Source: a virus | Reading direction: 5' to 3' (one strand) | IMG/VR virus record: IMGVR_UViG_3300029922_000017 | Location: 1 to 64,000 of that record | DNA length: 64,000 nucleotides | Shown here: positions 1-11,170 of the stretch, piece by piece | How the letters are laid out: each line of letters starts with the position of its first letter | Numbering within the stretch: the first letter of the stretch is position 1 | Notes under the pieces: model-generated | The model's database searches: none | What the model saw: only the letters and a program-made list of their open reading frames with translations | What the model was told of the DNA's origin: nothing | Position numbers and translations under genes: made by a program

Positions 1-399
1 TTATATTTCGGTATTAATTATTAATTCAATATTATCAATCTGGTTGGTCTTGGTAATAATAAATTGAACATTAATATACAATATATAACTATCTGTTAAA
101 TTGGTATTTCCGTTGGGATTGTTTGTTAGGATGGTGATTTCTCCGATTGATATCCCCCCCAACCACTTGGATATGTCCTCTTTTAATATATTTTGGACTT
201 TGGTGGTTAATAAATTATCATTTTGGTCGAACACTATTGTCCATAACCTACACCCGAATGATGGATTATATCTCCGTTCTCCTGGTATAGTGTTTAATAG
301 ATTTATCAAATTTACTCGATACGCCGAATTGGTATCGATTGTTTGTTCAAAATATCCACTATTACCCACTCGTATTGGCAATGAAATTCCGATTGGCAT
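1..399 (-). CDS. Baseplate wedge protein, T4 gp25/GPW-like
   Basis: Motif LLNTIPGERRYNPSFGCRLW matches the gp25 family pattern. Confidence 0.85.
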   Translation of the reverse strand: MPIGISLPIRVGNSGYFEQTIDTNSAYRVNLINLLNTIPGERRYNPSFGCRLWTIVFDQNDNLLTTKVQNILKEDISKWLGGISIGEITILTNNPNGNTNLTDSYILYINVQFIITKTNQIDNIELIINTEI

Positions 400-401
400 A
401 A

Positions 402-911
402 TTATTTTTTGGACATTGACTTCTTAAGAATTGCAGAAAAATCCCACTTCATTAAGTCTTTTACTGCGGGGTCGTCCTTACAGTCTAATATCGATGTCGA
501 TGTTGGTATAAATTGAGAATTTGATATTGTTTCATTTATAGTTCCAACATCACCCCGGCTGGATTGGAAATCGCCATCCAATCCAACAGATGGACTTCTG
601 CCCGACTCTCTCAGTTGTAAATCATTGACCGTTTCATTCAATATACTATTTATCATTGGGTTTTTCGTATATGTTCTCAGAGGTTTTGGGACAGCAGCCT
701 CTGGTCGAAAATTCGAAGGTTTTGTGATTGGAGTCTTGGAATTAATCATTTCCATTAGAGAACTGGCGTCTGACTTTGGTATTCCCGAATTTGTAACTAA
801 CTCTCCATCTCCGGATAATAATTCTTGCAACAAAATGGGGAGTTGTTTATTTACTTCTTTAGTTACTAACTGTTCAATAAGTGATTTTAAAATGTTTATT
901 TTCGGGTTCAT
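402..911 (-). CDS. Hypothetical protein
   Basis: 169-aa ORF packed between neighbours, TATTTAT motif upstream of ATG. Confidence 0.75.
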   Translation of the reverse strand: MNPKINILKSLIEQLVTKEVNKQLPILLQELLSGDGELVTNSGIPKSDASSLMEMINSKTPITKPSNFRPEAAVPKPLRTYTKNPMINSILNETVNDLQLRESGRSPSVGLDGDFQSSRGDVGTINETISNSQFIPTSTSILDCKDDPAVKDLMKWDFSAILKKSMSKK

Positions 912-923
912 ATATTATAAATA

Positions 924-2471
924 TCAATTTCTTGGAATTTTAACGCTCCAATTACCTGGAATTCCATGTCCAGTTGTTGTGTTTATAGTGGTTGGGGTTA
1001 CGGAGTCTGTAATTTTAGCCCCATTTCCACCCGTAGCATAGCCGCCACCAGTCATAAATACCCTCCGACTCAATAAGTCTCCAAGCCGGTCTCTAATACC
1101 CACCAACTCCTTGACCTCGACTGGTAATTGGGTCTGACCCGGCCTATCCCAGTGGGTATGGTTCAATAACCAATTGCACAATTCATACATCCAATTAACA
1201 GTAGTTTGTCCTAATAAAGCTGGTTCTGCCGTCTGATTATATTCTCCCAAATAGATTGCTGGAGAGTTGATTACGGTTTTTACATTTGTCGTTAACACTA
1301 TCTGGTCATTAGCATCAACTATAAATTCACTATCAGTGACTATTCCATACCTTTTCTTTGAAAAATGAAGAGACTCTCCATATCTAGATGAGAATATTAA
1401 TCGGTCACTATTAATTACTATCTGGTCTCCATCCATTGGAGATGGATATTTGAAACTTGTATTCCCCTCAAATATGGAAACTTCTTCTCCCATTCCAAAC
1501 ATTTTCTTATAACAAGTGGTTACAAATTTACTATTGGTCTGTCCGCTCGTTATGTGTATTGACGAACCATCCAAATTAACATCTTCGGAGATATATCCAC
1601 CTACATTTTTTTCTACTGCCGTTCCGACTATGGTTGCGGCTGAGATTGATTGTTTTGGGCTGTGTTGTAGCGAAATAGTCTTTCCAACCTCCAATATTGG
1701 TCTCTGACGATTTCGGATTAAAATCATTGGATTGCCACCATTGTTTTTATAGTCTACATTTGAAATACTGCCACTGTCGTTCGCTCTAATATAGTCATAT
1801 GCTGTAAAATGAATACTCTGCCCAAATCGACTCTCAATTGCCAAGTCTCCTTCATACCGTCTCAAATTTCGTATCCTATTATTAGCGACAAAATACTTGC
1901 CAGAATATCCCGAATATCCCACATTTCCCTTATAATTTGTAAGTGATTTTCGTTCTCCGGTATAGGGGTTGGTTGAAAATAATTCTGTGTTTGGTGGATT
2001 TGCTGCATCGATGCTAAAATCCAAATTATTATTTACCCAGTTATGATGATTTATTTTTTTAGAATAATACATTTTTCCGTTGTAATTTGATAATATTACA
2101 GTCTCATAAATTAAGGGATATTCTGATATGTTGGACTCTAGGGGATACGCCCATATCAATTTATCCTTATCAATATTTTGGCCGGTTTCCTGTGGGCGAA
2201 TTAAGGCTCTTCCAATCCAAGAATAATCTATGTCTGTGATGGCAGCGGGTTTATTATTAACGGCAAGAGGCCAGCGTTCAACATCAATAGAATTGAATGT
2301 TTTAGACCCTCCTTTGAAAAATGGATGAGTGGCGTCTAATATAACATCCAACACAACCCCCAACTCAAGTTCATAAAATTCAAGTTGAGTAGCTCCAGAT
2401 GATTGTTTATGGTTAATCCCGAAATTATCAAGTGTCCGTATATTTTTATTCTGGGATTTTGTATATGCCAT
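924..2471 (-). CDS. Baseplate hub/spike protein, gp5-like
   Basis: N-terminal OB-fold-like region (AYPLESNISEYPL..E.V), EGD..IESRFGQSI motif, C-terminal beta-strand repeats and HTH metal motif; near gp25. Confidence 0.6.
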   Translation of the reverse strand: MAYTKSQNKNIRTLDNFGINHKQSSGATQLEFYELELGVVLDVILDATHPFFKGGSKTFNSIDVERWPLAVNNKPAAITDIDYSWIGRALIRPQETGQNIDKDKLIWAYPLESNISEYPLIYETVILSNYNGKMYYSKKINHHNWVNNNLDFSIDAANPPNTELFSTNPYTGERKSLTNYKGNVGYSGYSGKYFVANNRIRNLRRYEGDLAIESRFGQSIHFTAYDYIRANDSGSISNVDYKNNGGNPMILIRNRQRPILEVGKTISLQHSPKQSISAATIVGTAVEKNVGGYISEDVNLDGSSIHITSGQTNSKFVTTCYKKMFGMGEEVSIFEGNTSFKYPSPMDGDQIVINSDRLIFSSRYGESLHFSKKRYGIVTDSEFIVDANDQIVLTTNVKTVINSPAIYLGEYNQTAEPALLGQTTVNWMYELCNWLLNHTHWDRPGQTQLPVEVKELVGIRDRLGDLLSRRVFMTGGGYATGGNGAKITDSVTPTTINTTTGHGIPGNWSVKIPRN

Positions 2472-2473
2472 AT

Positions 2474-2848
2474 TTACACTTTAAATTTTTCAATTGGCAT
2501 AATAACTGACTTAGTCAAGTCCGAAATTGTGGAGTCTATAGAATTCCTAAGTTGCTCTTTTTCTTCTTCACTCAAAATTTCTCCATCCGAACCATCTGAC
2601 TTTAATGTCTCCATTTTTTGAATTATTGAAATTAATTTAATTAATGTTTCGTCATTCTTTACTCCAACATCCATAAATTCTTTAATTCTAGGAAGCATTG
2701 TTATAGCATCATTCTTGTCTTGTATATGTTTCTGAATATCTAATAAAATTGTAGCCAATTGATTTTTCCTATCATATGAACGATTATATGCCTCCCGATA
2801 TAAATCAGTCATACTTATATTATCGAATATTTTAATATCATCACTCAT
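2474..2848 (-). CDS. Hypothetical helical protein
   Basis: 124-aa ORF coupled to upstream gene by an ATGA overlap. Confidence 0.7.
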   Translation of the reverse strand: MSDDIKIFDNISMTDLYREAYNRSYDRKNQLATILLDIQKHIQDKNDAITMLPRIKEFMDVGVKNDETLIKLISIIQKMETLKSDGSDGEILSEEEKEQLRNSIDSTISDLTKSVIMPIEKFKV

Positions 2849-3525
2849 ATATTTGGTTGGACATATTCCAATTTATCGTTTTTTCGTAAATTATCAATTG
2901 CCCATAGTGGTTGATAATTAGTATAATGACATGCCTTCGAAAATTCCGAATGGTTGGTTAAATCGAATGATGCCAGTGGTTTAATATGGTCAAGATGCCA
3001 TGTATTTCTCCCATGATTTTTCCACGTCATTCCATTTTTAAATCTACCCTCAATATATTTTTTAAATTCCCCAATCGAACAACCTAATAATTTTATAGAA
3101 GACCCAGTCTTAAAGTTTCCATTTAAAGCGTTTGAAATTCTAGTTCTAATTATGGTAGTCAATTTAAAATTAACATCAGTCAACTTTCTATTTTTAATAT
3201 ACTTATTATGAGTTTTAGATATAATATTTTTATTTCTTATAATATAAAGTTTAATTTTTTCTTTATTATTATGCCGATAAAGTTTTCCAGCAGACGATAA
3301 TTTCTGTTTATTTTTATAGTAATATATTTTCCGTTTACTTTTAATTTGCTCTTTATTAATAATATTATATAGTTTTCTTTTTTCTTTATTTTTTTGATAA
3401 TAAGATTGATTCGATTTGTTAGTTATGTATCGCTCCCGACTAAGTATCTTTTTTCGTTCGTAGGCAATTACTTTTTTTAGTAATTTCAAATTTTCAATCA
3501 GTTCAGATGTCATATCGTTATCCAT
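2845..3525 (-). CDS. HNH homing endonuclease
   Basis: WHLDHIKP...HYTNYQPLWAIDN motif and K/Y-rich N-terminal repeats. Confidence 0.8.
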   Translation of the reverse strand: MDNDMTSELIENLKLLKKVIAYERKKILSRERYITNKSNQSYYQKNKEKRKLYNIINKEQIKSKRKIYYYKNKQKLSSAGKLYRHNNKEKIKLYIIRNKNIISKTHNKYIKNRKLTDVNFKLTTIIRTRISNALNGNFKTGSSIKLLGCSIGEFKKYIEGRFKNGMTWKNHGRNTWHLDHIKPLASFDLTNHSEFSKACHYTNYQPLWAIDNLRKNDKLEYVQPNI

Positions 3526-3572
3526 AATATAATATATATACCAAATATTAGAATTTAAGCGAAATCGCTTGA

Positions 3573-4445
3573 TTAAACCTCAACAATACCGTGATTTTTA
3601 TAATCGTTACTTATATTTCTATAGTGAGACTTCATCTTGGTCAATATCTTGGTTATTGATTGGGTCTTGCAGTTTGAAATTTCTCGTATATACAAATAGA
3701 GGGTCTTTTTATTAAAAATGTCGATTTTATCCGAATTTCGCAATAGCTCTATAACCGCATTCGCTATGACCGTATCTTTTTGTTTCGGGAAAATTTTGTC
3801 TATATTTTTCTCAAAATATTTCACCATTAAATGCATAAAGTCATTAACCTCACTCTGTAAATGATGTTTATCAACTTGTTGTAATTGAACCGTGTGCTCT
3901 TCGTGGTCTTCTCCAATTTCAACGTTCTGGTTAAATTTCTTATAATTGTTATTATTCAATAATATTAAGAAATGCTTTGCCACTATGCTAAAATATGCAA
4001 ATGCCTTTGCCTTTTTAAGTGGATTTACTTTACTCTTCCGAGTTGGGTCAAATTTATATATATTCGCAACTAAATGGCTTAGACATTCTTTCTGAACGTC
4101 TAATGGGCTTGTCTCGAAGTATGAAAATTTAAAAGTATTGAATATATTTTCAACTAACTTGGAGAATGGTTTGTGTATTTGATTTATATATATTGTATTT
4201 TTCAATTCTTGGTTATCGGTGGAGTTATATTCTATGATAGCCTTCTCAGTATCATCCGTAAAATACATGAGGGGCGAGGTTGGACTTGTAAGTTTCCTCG
4301 GCTTCCTCGGCTTCTTAATGGTGAGCACCGGTTCTGGGTGGTTAATTATATTTTTTATCTTTTTGGATGTTGGCTTCTTAAATTTTATTTTATTTGAACG
4401 TGTATATTTCCGGTTAAGTTTATTTTTAGATTTATTTTTTTTCAT
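3573..4445 (-). CDS. Late-transcription sigma factor, T4 gp55-like
   Basis: KFDP..KSK..AFAYFSIVAK region-2-like motif typical of gp55 homologs. Confidence 0.7.
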   Translation of the reverse strand: MKKNKSKNKLNRKYTRSNKIKFKKPTSKKIKNIINHPEPVLTIKKPRKPRKLTSPTSPLMYFTDDTEKAIIEYNSTDNQELKNTIYINQIHKPFSKLVENIFNTFKFSYFETSPLDVQKECLSHLVANIYKFDPTRKSKVNPLKKAKAFAYFSIVAKHFLILLNNNNYKKFNQNVEIGEDHEEHTVQLQQVDKHHLQSEVNDFMHLMVKYFEKNIDKIFPKQKDTVIANAVIELLRNSDKIDIFNKKTLYLYIREISNCKTQSITKILTKMKSHYRNISNDYKNHGIVEV

Positions 4446-4764
4446 TTAGAGTTTCTATTTTAGTGTTTAAGTCCTCAACTACCTGCGTTAATTCTTTAAA
4501 TATTTGCCCGACCATATCATCTGATTCGAATAATCCAGTCTCCAATTCTCGTGATGAGAATACTCCCTGCTTGTCGATTTCACGCATGGTAGTAAGTGAC
4601 TTCATTATATTTTCTCGTATTACTATAATTAAATCATCCGCATCTGTTATTTCTTTTTCGTAGACATTTATTTTTTTTAATTGTATTTTAATTAAAATTA
4701 CAAGAGCAATAATAACTCCAATCGACAGTCCCAGTAGGGATATACACGTAACTAATATTATCAT
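4432..4764 (-). CDS. Membrane-anchored coiled-coil protein
   Basis: Hydrophobic N-terminal helix. Confidence 0.65.
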   Translation of the reverse strand: MIILVTCISLLGLSIGVIIALVILIKIQLKKINVYEKEITDADDLIIVIRENIMKSLTTMREIDKQGVFSSRELETGLFESDDMVGQIFKELTQVVEDLNTKIETLNEKK

Positions 4765-5034
4765 AATTAATAGACTCCAATATAATTGTCCAAATATTCT
4801 TTTAATTGTTCCACCGCATCCTCAACTAGTTCCATGTTTTTTTCGTAAATGGCTTCGTTGAGAATTTTTATTACGTCTTTAATATCTTGCTGTTCCATAA
4901 TTGATTTATATGAGTTTAGTTTGTTGTTCATATATATCTGTAATTTATTGAAATCATACTTTTTATTAAATATGATTCATTTTACACTAAAAAATACAAT
5001 TCGTCAACTTTTTATATAATTTATTTTGATTATA

Positions 5035-6000
5035 TTATAGTTTTAATTTTGTAATGGGCGGTGTCACCGACGAATTTCCGGGTTCAACTGGAGTTGGAGG
5101 TGTGGGAGAAGGAATAGCATCCTCAACCACCACTTCTTCTTTTATCGGTTGTGTTACTGGTTCTATGAATGGTGGACTTGGTTTTTGTTGGGTCGGTATT
5201 GAATTTATTATCGGCTGAGATTGAGTTTTAGAATTTACAGTTATATTATATGATAGTAATAATACTAACGCCAGTGGGTCGAATATAATAACTATTATAA
5301 GTATGAACCATCTAGCAACCGTATCTAGAGGAACCCCAAGCTGGTCGGCAACAAACTGGAATGTCTTTATGTCTTTCTTAGAATTCCCAGATGCCTTTAT
5401 ATCTAATATCTTGTTATCTATGGCTTCTATCTCACCGGAGATGGATTGTATTTTATCTTGTTCCGATGATATATTATTATCTGATGATTTTATCAAATCC
5501 GTGGTCTGTTCTTGTAGAAGTCTTAATTGTATTGGGTTTCGGGTAAGAAAATCATTTGTAAGTGCGCTGCTTAACCGACTTTCTTGTAGTTGTCTTACAT
5601 TATTTAATGTGTCAATTCGAATCTTAGATTGGGCTATTCTATTTGTTAGATAATTTTTCTGCGACTCCACCATCACAATTTTATCTTGTTCATTCTTAAA
5701 TCCGGAAGATGAAATTTGATATGCCGAACTTAAATATCCATATATTCCCATACTCGTAATTGATATCAATATAATAATTGAAATAAGAAGATATGTCCTC
5801 ATTATTTTTGTAATCTTATCCCAATATCTATATAGGAATGTAGTTCCGCATAACTTTGCCAATTCAATAGAACCAGCCATTATTCCAACTGATATCGCTA
5901 CATTGGAGAATAATCCGACAATTCCAACTATGCTAAAAAATGCACTGCAACTTGCAAGTAATAACGCTGATATTATTAATATAATTTCAAATTTTACCAT
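5035..6000 (-). CDS. Multi-pass membrane protein with coiled coil
   Basis: Three N-terminal TM segments, long coiled coil, C-terminal TM (IIFDPLA). Confidence 0.75.
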   Translation of the reverse strand: MVKFEIILIISALLLASCSAFFSIVGIVGLFSNVAISVGIMAGSIELAKLCGTTFLYRYWDKITKIMRTYLLISIIILISITSMGIYGYLSSAYQISSSGFKNEQDKIVMVESQKNYLTNRIAQSKIRIDTLNNVRQLQESRLSSALTNDFLTRNPIQLRLLQEQTTDLIKSSDNNISSEQDKIQSISGEIEAIDNKILDIKASGNSKKDIKTFQFVADQLGVPLDTVARWFILIIVIIFDPLALVLLLSYNITVNSKTQSQPIINSIPTQQKPSPPFIEPVTQPIKEEVVVEDAIPSPTPPTPVEPGNSSVTPPITKLKL

Positions 6001-6007
6001 TATTTAA

Positions 6008-7117
6008 TTACGGATTATGGGTGAATACATTAAATGGGACTGACGATAACGGATATGCTATATATGAATTTATTCCTTTCACCGGAATATTTATTGCTAG
6101 AATAGCATTTAAATTTTGACTTGCTCGAATTGCGCTTATGACGTAATAATTAGTAGCATAGTTAGTAGATGTATTTACCGTATATGATTGGGTTATAAAA
6201 GTTGTTGGTGAGGTCGCAAAAATTACAACCATAGGAGAAGTTGCGAATTTCCAAGTCCACGTCGAGCCGCCCCGATTATCCACCCCAAAACTCATGATTT
6301 GAGAAGGAGTTCCGGTTCCACCATATCCGGACACGGTTCCAGTTACTCCGTTACCATCATACACAGTATACAATCCCATATTCCCCACATTCTCAAAAAC
6401 AATAGACCGAGTTAATGGAGAACTTGTATTATTCCAGTCAAATTCAGCAGAAGACCCTCCATTACTGCCAATTGCGGGGCTTGGGCTTGTGGAGTTACAT
6501 CGTATTATGAAATTGTCATTGGTAGACGATAATACGGTCGTAATGGAATAGATATACGGATACGTATATCCACTACTTCCAGACACATAACTTGCCGTTG
6601 CCGCATAGCTAGAACTTATTGAGTGTAATACGAAGCTGGCGGAATTTGCATTGGATGCAGTTATCGCATAACTAGATGTCGAGACATAACTTGCCGATGT
6701 TGTATTTGATGCATAACTTGCTGATTTTATGTAACTTGCAGTTACTGCATTGGATGCAGTTATGGATAAACTTGATGTTAATGAATAACTCGAAGTTCCA
6801 AATAATGTAATATTACCGGCACTATTTCCAATATTTCCATTCACGTCTAATTGGTAAGTTGGATTTACTTGATTTATACCAACAAATCCAACGTTTAAAT
6901 TTGAAATGTTATTGTTACTATTTGATGAAGTAGACCAGTAAGTGGTTGGTTGTGGAGCATATGATGCCGAACCACTAGCCGAAAACCAAGCGTTTAGAGT
7001 TTGTATATCTGTTCGGTAAGTAGTTAAGGAACTACTTTGGACAATCGGAAAAAAATCACTACCTGAAATTTGTCCTAGCGGATTTAACTGGCTTATTTTA
7101 ATATCTATATTTGACAT
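6008..7117 (-). CDS. Tail fibre-like structural protein
   Basis: IKISQL N-terminus, S/A-rich ASYA repeats, VGIN..NP.Y.LDVNG beta-repeat. Confidence 0.6.
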   Translation of the reverse strand: MSNIDIKISQLNPLGQISGSDFFPIVQSSSLTTYRTDIQTLNAWFSASGSASYAPQPTTYWSTSSNSNNNISNLNVGFVGINQVNPTYQLDVNGNIGNSAGNITLFGTSSYSLTSSLSITASNAVTASYIKSASYASNTTSASYVSTSSYAITASNANSASFVLHSISSSYAATASYVSGSSGYTYPYIYSITTVLSSTNDNFIIRCNSTSPSPAIGSNGGSSAEFDWNNTSSPLTRSIVFENVGNMGLYTVYDGNGVTGTVSGYGGTGTPSQIMSFGVDNRGGSTWTWKFATSPMVVIFATSPTTFITQSYTVNTSTNYATNYYVISAIRASQNLNAILAINIPVKGINSYIAYPLSSVPFNVFTHNP

Positions 7118-7128
7118 AATTTAAAATT

Positions 7129-8928
7129 TTAAGTTACGCTCCACCCATAGGGAGCACCTGACAAGTATACTATATTGTATGAAGATACCGTTCCGGCTAA
7201 GATTGGGTCATTTCCAGCATAGACATTCAAAGTTCCGCCGATTATATTTGACGCACTAACTTCGGATGCCAGCATCGAAGTTATTGAGTCGAGGTCATCT
7301 ATATGTAATGAACAATATGTAATATCAACATATCGTATCCCCTTTGGCATTGTAGCCGGAAGGTTAGAAATCCCTGCGTTTCTCGATGCGTTTAAATATG
7401 ACATTGATAGTGGTAAATCTGACAAGTCTGTAATGCTATTATTAGATATATTTAAATATGACATTGAATATGTCGGATTTGGAGTCAGGGTTGATGGTTG
7501 ATATAATGATGGTATTGTGGTTAAATTACAATTTTGACATGACATGGACACTAGAGATGGCGGAACTCCGTCAACATATGATACTCCAGAGTTATCCAAT
7601 ATAAGTGTATTCAGATTTGATAATGTCCATACTCCGGTTATAGTGTCGAATGTATTCCCGTTGTTATTTAAATATGTAATGTAACTTGAAGATGCCGGGC
7701 TTCCTTGGGTTAAATTATATAGTGTGTCACTTCCATTTGATGCGGTTACTTGACCAAACAAATTCCAACTGGAACTATAATTAAATATAATTCCGTTTAC
7801 GTCTGTATTTATCACCGGAACTTCCGACAAAGTATTTCCAAAATAAGTAGGTATGCTTGAAATTACAAAGTTATTAGCCGAACTTTCCAATCTAAATGTT
7901 GGAGTTCCATAAAAATAAAATGAGAGGTTTCCTTTTCCATCGTCCATATATGATGCTCTAGCATATATCCTATATGAGCCTGATATGTTTACACTTCCAG
8001 TCAAATAAAATCTTTGGGTTGTTCCTGGAGTTGCTATAGTGGTTACGGTATTTGTAATTCCCAGAACATATGTGGAATATGATGTGGTAGCCAAAGATTG
8101 GGTTACTCCAGTTGATAAATCTTGAATTATTAGGGCAACCGTAGGTTGCCAATATGACTGATATCCAATATTATTATGTAATATAGTGATTAGTCCCCTA
8201 CAGTTTATATTTACCAAATTAGAAGTTTGAAATGGAGTATTTACCGTTATCGAGTCAATTTGAGCATTTATTGATTTTGTTACTATTGGATTAACCCCCG
8301 CTCCTATAGATGCGGTGTTATATATATAATTAGAATATACCAAATTTGAACCTTGATTTCCGGATTGATTTACCCCCGCACCAGCAATGGACAATGCTAC
8401 TAAGGCAATTGATGCTGTGTTTGAAAACAGCGAATTGTTTGATACTAATGAAAGATTTGAGGTATTTGATTGACTGGATGATATGGCATATGAGGCTGTC
8501 CCATTGGGGACTCCCACATATAGCAAATATGAGGCCGAGGTTGCATTAGTCGAATTTTGTGAAAAGCTACTCGTCAATCCAGTCACCAAAGCATACGACG
8601 CTGTCGTGGCATAACTAGAAGTGTTTGAATATGAACTAGAAATCGAGCCTAAAGAACTACTTGCCCATGAAGAACTTAATGAACTCGTCGAATATGATAC
8701 TTGAGCCGACGTTGGAGCATTTAACGCATATTCAGCAACATTTGCATAACTCGCAGTCCCATCTAAAGAGGCAGTTAAAATACCGCCGTTCAATATATAC
8801 GTCTGCAAGTCGGCGGCGGTTATGTTCTTTGTTTCTGGTAATGATATATCCGCAATAATTAATAAATCATTAGGAGATACGCCCGACGCTGGTAAATTGT
8901 TTAGTTGAGATATTCTTATATTTCCCAT
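7129..8928 (-). CDS. Tail fibre-like protein with C-terminal leucine-rich repeats
   Basis: IRISQL N-terminus, ASYA repeats, LRR-like units (LNISNNSITDL..LP, LNASRN). Confidence 0.6.
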   Translation of the reverse strand: MGNIRISQLNNLPASGVSPNDLLIIADISLPETKNITAADLQTYILNGGILTASLDGTASYANVAEYALNAPTSAQVSYSTSSLSSSWASSSLGSISSSYSNTSSYATTASYALVTGLTSSFSQNSTNATSASYLLYVGVPNGTASYAISSSQSNTSNLSLVSNNSLFSNTASIALVALSIAGAGVNQSGNQGSNLVYSNYIYNTASIGAGVNPIVTKSINAQIDSITVNTPFQTSNLVNINCRGLITILHNNIGYQSYWQPTVALIIQDLSTGVTQSLATTSYSTYVLGITNTVTTIATPGTTQRFYLTGSVNISGSYRIYARASYMDDGKGNLSFYFYGTPTFRLESSANNFVISSIPTYFGNTLSEVPVINTDVNGIIFNYSSSWNLFGQVTASNGSDTLYNLTQGSPASSSYITYLNNNGNTFDTITGVWTLSNLNTLILDNSGVSYVDGVPPSLVSMSCQNCNLTTIPSLYQPSTLTPNPTYSMSYLNISNNSITDLSDLPLSMSYLNASRNAGISNLPATMPKGIRYVDITYCSLHIDDLDSITSMLASEVSASNIIGGTLNVYAGNDPILAGTVSSYNIVYLSGAPYGWSVT

Positions 8929-8961
8929 ATGACTATAAGTATAATGGAACTGTGATTATTG

Positions 8962-9753
8962 TTAATTTTTTTGAGGTTTTGGGATATCTCTATCGATTTT
9001 TTCAATTATATACCGACACAATCCACTTCTTACAATATCATTAGTGTCAAATTTAAACGTAAAAATTCCATTTTTTCTAGACTCTTCATCGTCAAAAATA
9101 TCCATCATTTTCACAAATCCACTATTTCCATTGATGTCGCTTTGGTTTGGGTCTCCCAAAATGAATAATTTACTATGTTCTGATACACGAGTAATAAGAG
9201 TTAATATTTCTTTATAAGTCATATTTTGGCTTTCGTCGCATATAATAGCCTTAACTGCCCAGTTAACTCCTCGTAAAAAATTTAATGGCATGCCCCATAT
9301 TCTCTGCTCTTTTAGCAGTATCTCTCTATCGGATTTTGATAATATCTCCTCAAGTTTATCCATTAGTGGTTGTAAATATACCGAAACCTTCTCCTCAATA
9401 GTTCCAGGAAGATGGCCTATCTTAGTGGATGAACTTTCGACTACACTTCTTAAGTATATTAAGTCGCTTACTTTTTTATCATTTAGTAATTGTAGGGAGG
9501 CTAATACCGATAAAAACGTTTTACTAGTTCCTGCCGGGCCTGATATAAATATAACTTTAACCTCCTTATCATTTGCTAATTTTAGAAATCTCTTTTGATT
9601 TTCGGTTAAATCTGAGCGATTGTAAACGTGTATCTCGGATTTTAATTTCCCACGTTGAGGAACTACTGGACTCGTATCTTTTATGTATTCTGTAGTTTGA
9701 GAGTTTAATTGTTTATCGTGTTTATTTTTATGGTTTTTATTTTTTTTACTCAT
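8962..9753 (-). CDS. phoH: PhoH-like ATPase
   Basis: GPAGTSKT, LPG..EEK, LRG, DESQN and GDPNQSD motifs. Confidence 0.92.
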   Translation of the reverse strand: MSKKNKNHKNKHDKQLNSQTTEYIKDTSPVVPQRGKLKSEIHVYNRSDLTENQKRFLKLANDKEVKVIFISGPAGTSKTFLSVLASLQLLNDKKVSDLIYLRSVVESSSTKIGHLPGTIEEKVSVYLQPLMDKLEEILSKSDREILLKEQRIWGMPLNFLRGVNWAVKAIICDESQNMTYKEILTLITRVSEHSKLFILGDPNQSDINGNSGFVKMMDIFDDEESRKNGIFTFKFDTNDIVRSGLCRYIIEKIDRDIPKPQKN

Positions 9754-10103
9754 ATTTTATTTTTTAAAAGTTTTTGTAACTCTTCTATGCGTGGGCATAA
9801 TTCAAATAATTGCAATTTTTGATAATATTCTTTTATATGTGATAAATTATTATCAAATTCTTTTTCGGATAAGGTAATTACGAAGTCTGACTTTTTAAAG
9901 CTGAATAACTCTATCATGTTTAGTTTATGTTCTATAGCATACTCTATAGAATCGACTATATGATACATCATATCAATCTTAAATTTCCCAATGAAGCTTT
10001 CCATCTCATCATTGATGGCGGGTAATATATAAGTTTCATGCTCGTCTACCAGTTTCTTTTTTGGCATACATTCATAAATATAATCAACAAATCTTAAAAA
10101 CAA
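9750..10103 (-). CDS. Hypothetical protein (start probably at MPKKK)
   Basis: ORF overlapping the phoH start. Confidence 0.6.
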   Translation of the reverse strand: MFLRFVDYIYECMPKKKLVDEHETYILPAINDEMESFIGKFKIDMMYHIVDSIEYAIEHKLNMIELFSFKKSDFVITLSEKEFDNNLSHIKEYYQKLQLFELCPRIEELQKLLKNKI

Positions 10104-10134
10104 AAAAACCGGAAATTAATTCCGGTTTTAATTT
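10102..10134. terminator. Intrinsic terminator, possibly bidirectional
   Basis: AAAAAAACCGGAA-attaa-TTCCGGTTTT inverted repeat with A/T tracts. Confidence 0.7.
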
Positions 10135-10800
10135 TGATGTAACCTAATTGTTACCAAACTCGATGTCTTTTTGGGTCGTATTGAACAATTTCAACTTTTT
10201 CTCCATATGAATGAATATTGGCTATCTTATACCAAAATTCTAATTCGTAGATTGCATTTTCATCTATATTGGAAGAATATTCCCTGTCAGATACCCGATA
10301 ACCATCTCTGGTTACGACATACCTCGGAGATTTGAATGAAATTGCTGAGGCAGTTTCAATTGCGGTTTTCAATGTGGGTTCGAACATTGGCTCTGATTTT
10401 TTAATGTGAGTGGTCTCTGGGTTATTTTTTTTCATTGTGTTTTTTATTTAGTTCGGTTTTTATAAAATTTGATAGTTCCGATGCACGGTCGTCGGTTAAA
10501 ACTATACTATCTGCCCATGGATTTCCGGTTTTCAATATTCTCCAACACCATCTAATTCTCTCTTTCCATCGTCTAATATTTCCATTATGTCCATAATGCC
10601 ACGCAGATATATTAAATCCATTATCTTCTTTATTAATATAATATCTTTCAGTCTGCAACATATGAGATGAACATTCACATGGAGTGTATAATGATTTATT
10701 GTATTCTTTCATTTTAATTACTATAACATATCTTTTAAGATTTGTCAATAACTTTTAGAGCGTATGTTGGATATTATCATACAGATAATTAACCGAAATC

Positions 10801-10888
10801 TGAGGTAGGAACAGGGTTCGAACCTGTGGTGGATTTCCCACTCTTTCTTTCCAAGAAAGTGCAATAAACCAGACTCTGCCACCCTACC
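10801..10888 (-). tRNA. tRNA-Ser(GGA)
   Basis: Cloverleaf, anticodon loop TTGGAAA, long variable arm, TTCGAA T-loop. Confidence 0.9.
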
Positions 10889-10925
10889 ATATGGCTATTT
10901 TAAACTTCCAATAGCCAAAGTTGAG

Positions 10926-11093
10926 TTATTTCGTTGCTGCTTTTACGTCCGCAACTGCCTTGGTAGCATCCGCAACTACTACATTAGTGGTTTTGACGGC
11001 GGCGGCAACTGCCTTAGCATTTGCTTTGCCAACTAAAATTCCACCTACAAATGCAGCGGCTGCAACTACGGCGATTATAATTAAGGTTGTCAT
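10926..11093 (-). CDS. Small Ala/Val-rich membrane protein (55 aa, not in ORF track)
   Basis: MTTLIIIAVVAAAAFVGGILVGKANAK...; followed by a hairpin at about 10892-10916. Confidence 0.65.
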   Translation of the reverse strand: MTTLIIIAVVAAAAFVGGILVGKANAKAVAAAVKTTNVVVADATKAVADVKAATK

Positions 11094-11170
11094 ATTTTTG
11101 TTATTTTTTCCTATGTGCTTAATTGCACATTCTAACTTATAACTATAATCTGAAATATATAAACCACAGT

